NCBI GenBank assembly: GCA_030141605.1
Contig: JAQGDQ010000009.1
Span: forward strand, 1,488,001 to 1,552,000
DNA length: 64,000 nt
Direction: 5' to 3'
DNA from: Tubiluchus corallicola
Lineage: Eukaryota; Animalia; Priapulida
Below are positions 62,334 to 64,000 of this stretch, one piece after another. The first letter of the stretch is position 1. Every line of letters begins with the position of its first letter. The notes beneath the pieces were generated by a model. The model was not told the origin of the DNA, did not search any database, and saw only the letters and a program-made list of their open reading frames with translations. Position numbers and translations under genes: made by a program.

Positions 62334-64000
62334 AAATAAAGTGCTATAATTGCAATAATGTAAGTAAAGGAATAGAACATATTTCATGTTAAACAATAGG
62401 TGCAAGAGTCGCATTATGTTTTGTCAAACTATAAGTTATGTTTTTTAGTAACACCATAATTACGTTGAAGACACTATGTGTTGCAGTTTATAGTCATGTC
62501 CAGTATAACAGGAAAATTAACAGTTATTTTATAAGTGCTTTACAGGTAACTGAATTTATGTATGCAGATTATGTTAAATTATAGACTGCACAGCAGTATT
62601 GTAACGTTGTTACTAATAGCTATATTATCAAACTTTATTGGCCAAAAGTTTGTTTGTGATTAATGCTAAGATAAGCGAAAGGTAGTTGTTAACATTTTGT
62701 AAATAATTACTGTGATGATTTAAGGACAATATTTGTAATTCTAACAAGAATGTGAGTTATATCAAACTTGTGTACCTTTGTAAGCACACTAATTGTTAAA
62801 TTACAAATTTTATGCACTGTAATAACTTGTAAATAAGGACGGTTAAATGTTTACACAAAATCGTAGTAATAAAGCTAGAATGTTAAATTTATGTATATTA
62901 AAACAGCACATCCTTGCTAGTTAAAAACATCTGATTGATATCAAATGAGTTGTATTAATTTATGAAATGGGTAAGTGTAAATTATGGTGGATGATTTCAT
63001 TGTTGTTTGTTTGTTTTTTGCATGTTTTCAATTCGCAGACTTAATACTTCTCTTGGTTGTCAAAATGTTATTCTTTTACCTTTGGTACAGCATTTCAAAC
63101 TTTATGACCTGAGCACATTTAATTGTGTCAGAATGCTTGCCTTGACAAACATCTGCTTTTGATCTTCTCTTCTGGCCCCTCTCTCACACACTTGTCGTCT
63201 CTTGCTGTTGCTGTCTCTCCCTCGGTCGGCATGCACATTATATACGCACTAGCAAAGAAACTTTTAGATTTTTGAATACTCTTCAAAGGCGTTTGAATTG
63301 GGAAAAATTTTATTTGTAACATAAAGTAGAAATGAGTGTCATAGCCTTAGAATAGATTCCAAGAATCACACAGAAGTCGTAGAGCTTGCAGTGAAATCAG
63401 GTTTAGTTGTGCGTTTGGCACTGCAGCAGTTTCTGTTTGTATAAGAGATAAAAATGGCAGCGCACAGAGTCACTTATTGCTATAATCAGTGTGTACTTAT
63501 AGTGAACGTACAATTTGTTATCTAAACAATACTTTGTGGTTTAGTGGAATGCCACTATCGTAGTGCTAAAGGAAGTTCTGTTGAATTACCTAGAAATGCA
63601 GATGTAATCATAGATAGTAATATTACTAGACTACATATTCACCATGGATGATTAAGATGAATGAAAGTTCTGGCAGTCGATGAGATCCATGTACTGCATG
63701 ATGATGGCTTAAGCGAACACACTCACAAAAGCCCCATATTCTTCCACAAAGTAATTGTCAATTAAAGCTTTAAACTATGCCCTGTAGTTTTTTAATCAAA
63801 ATAAATAAATAAAACATATTTTATTATAAAGTGCACTGGCAAGCAAAGTTATTTCAATGGCGCTGTACAGTAAAACATCATAGTTATAAAAATTAATGCA
63901 CAATTATAAAAATATAACACTGTAATCACCAACTAAATTAAAGAAATTTTCAGGCGAGAAGTTTTCTTTTCCTAGTCAGTATTTCGTAGACCTCAACTGT

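Overview
AT-rich, intron-containing DNA from an invertebrate animal, not a prokaryote. The species cannot be fixed from sequence alone; a spiralian is a guess. I assembled seven spliced genes by hand from GT-AG boundaries: RWDD1 (-), STIL (+), UTP15 (-), MMACHC (+), an ABCG5/8-like half transporter (-), RAB21 (-) and AKAP10 (+). Six of them form three head-to-head pairs. Introns are packed with TA-flanked Tc1/mariner/pogo-type MITEs (some nested), a hAT MITE, four decayed non-LTR retrotransposon fragments plus a short RT scrap, a 5S-rRNA-like SINE family (about 5 copies), a tRNA-like SINE head, a 33-bp minisatellite and microsatellites. The most notable observations: (1) the ABCG protein has lost its Q-loop, signature motif and H-switch but keeps Walker A/B, has a long N-terminal extension and a CCCCCKKKR cluster, and has no adjacent partner; (2) the 346-bp RAB21/AKAP10 bidirectional promoter holds a perfect DR4 nuclear-receptor element next to a CTCF-like motif; (3) the 5S-derived SINE family. 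Family assignments come from remembered motifs; no database searches were run.
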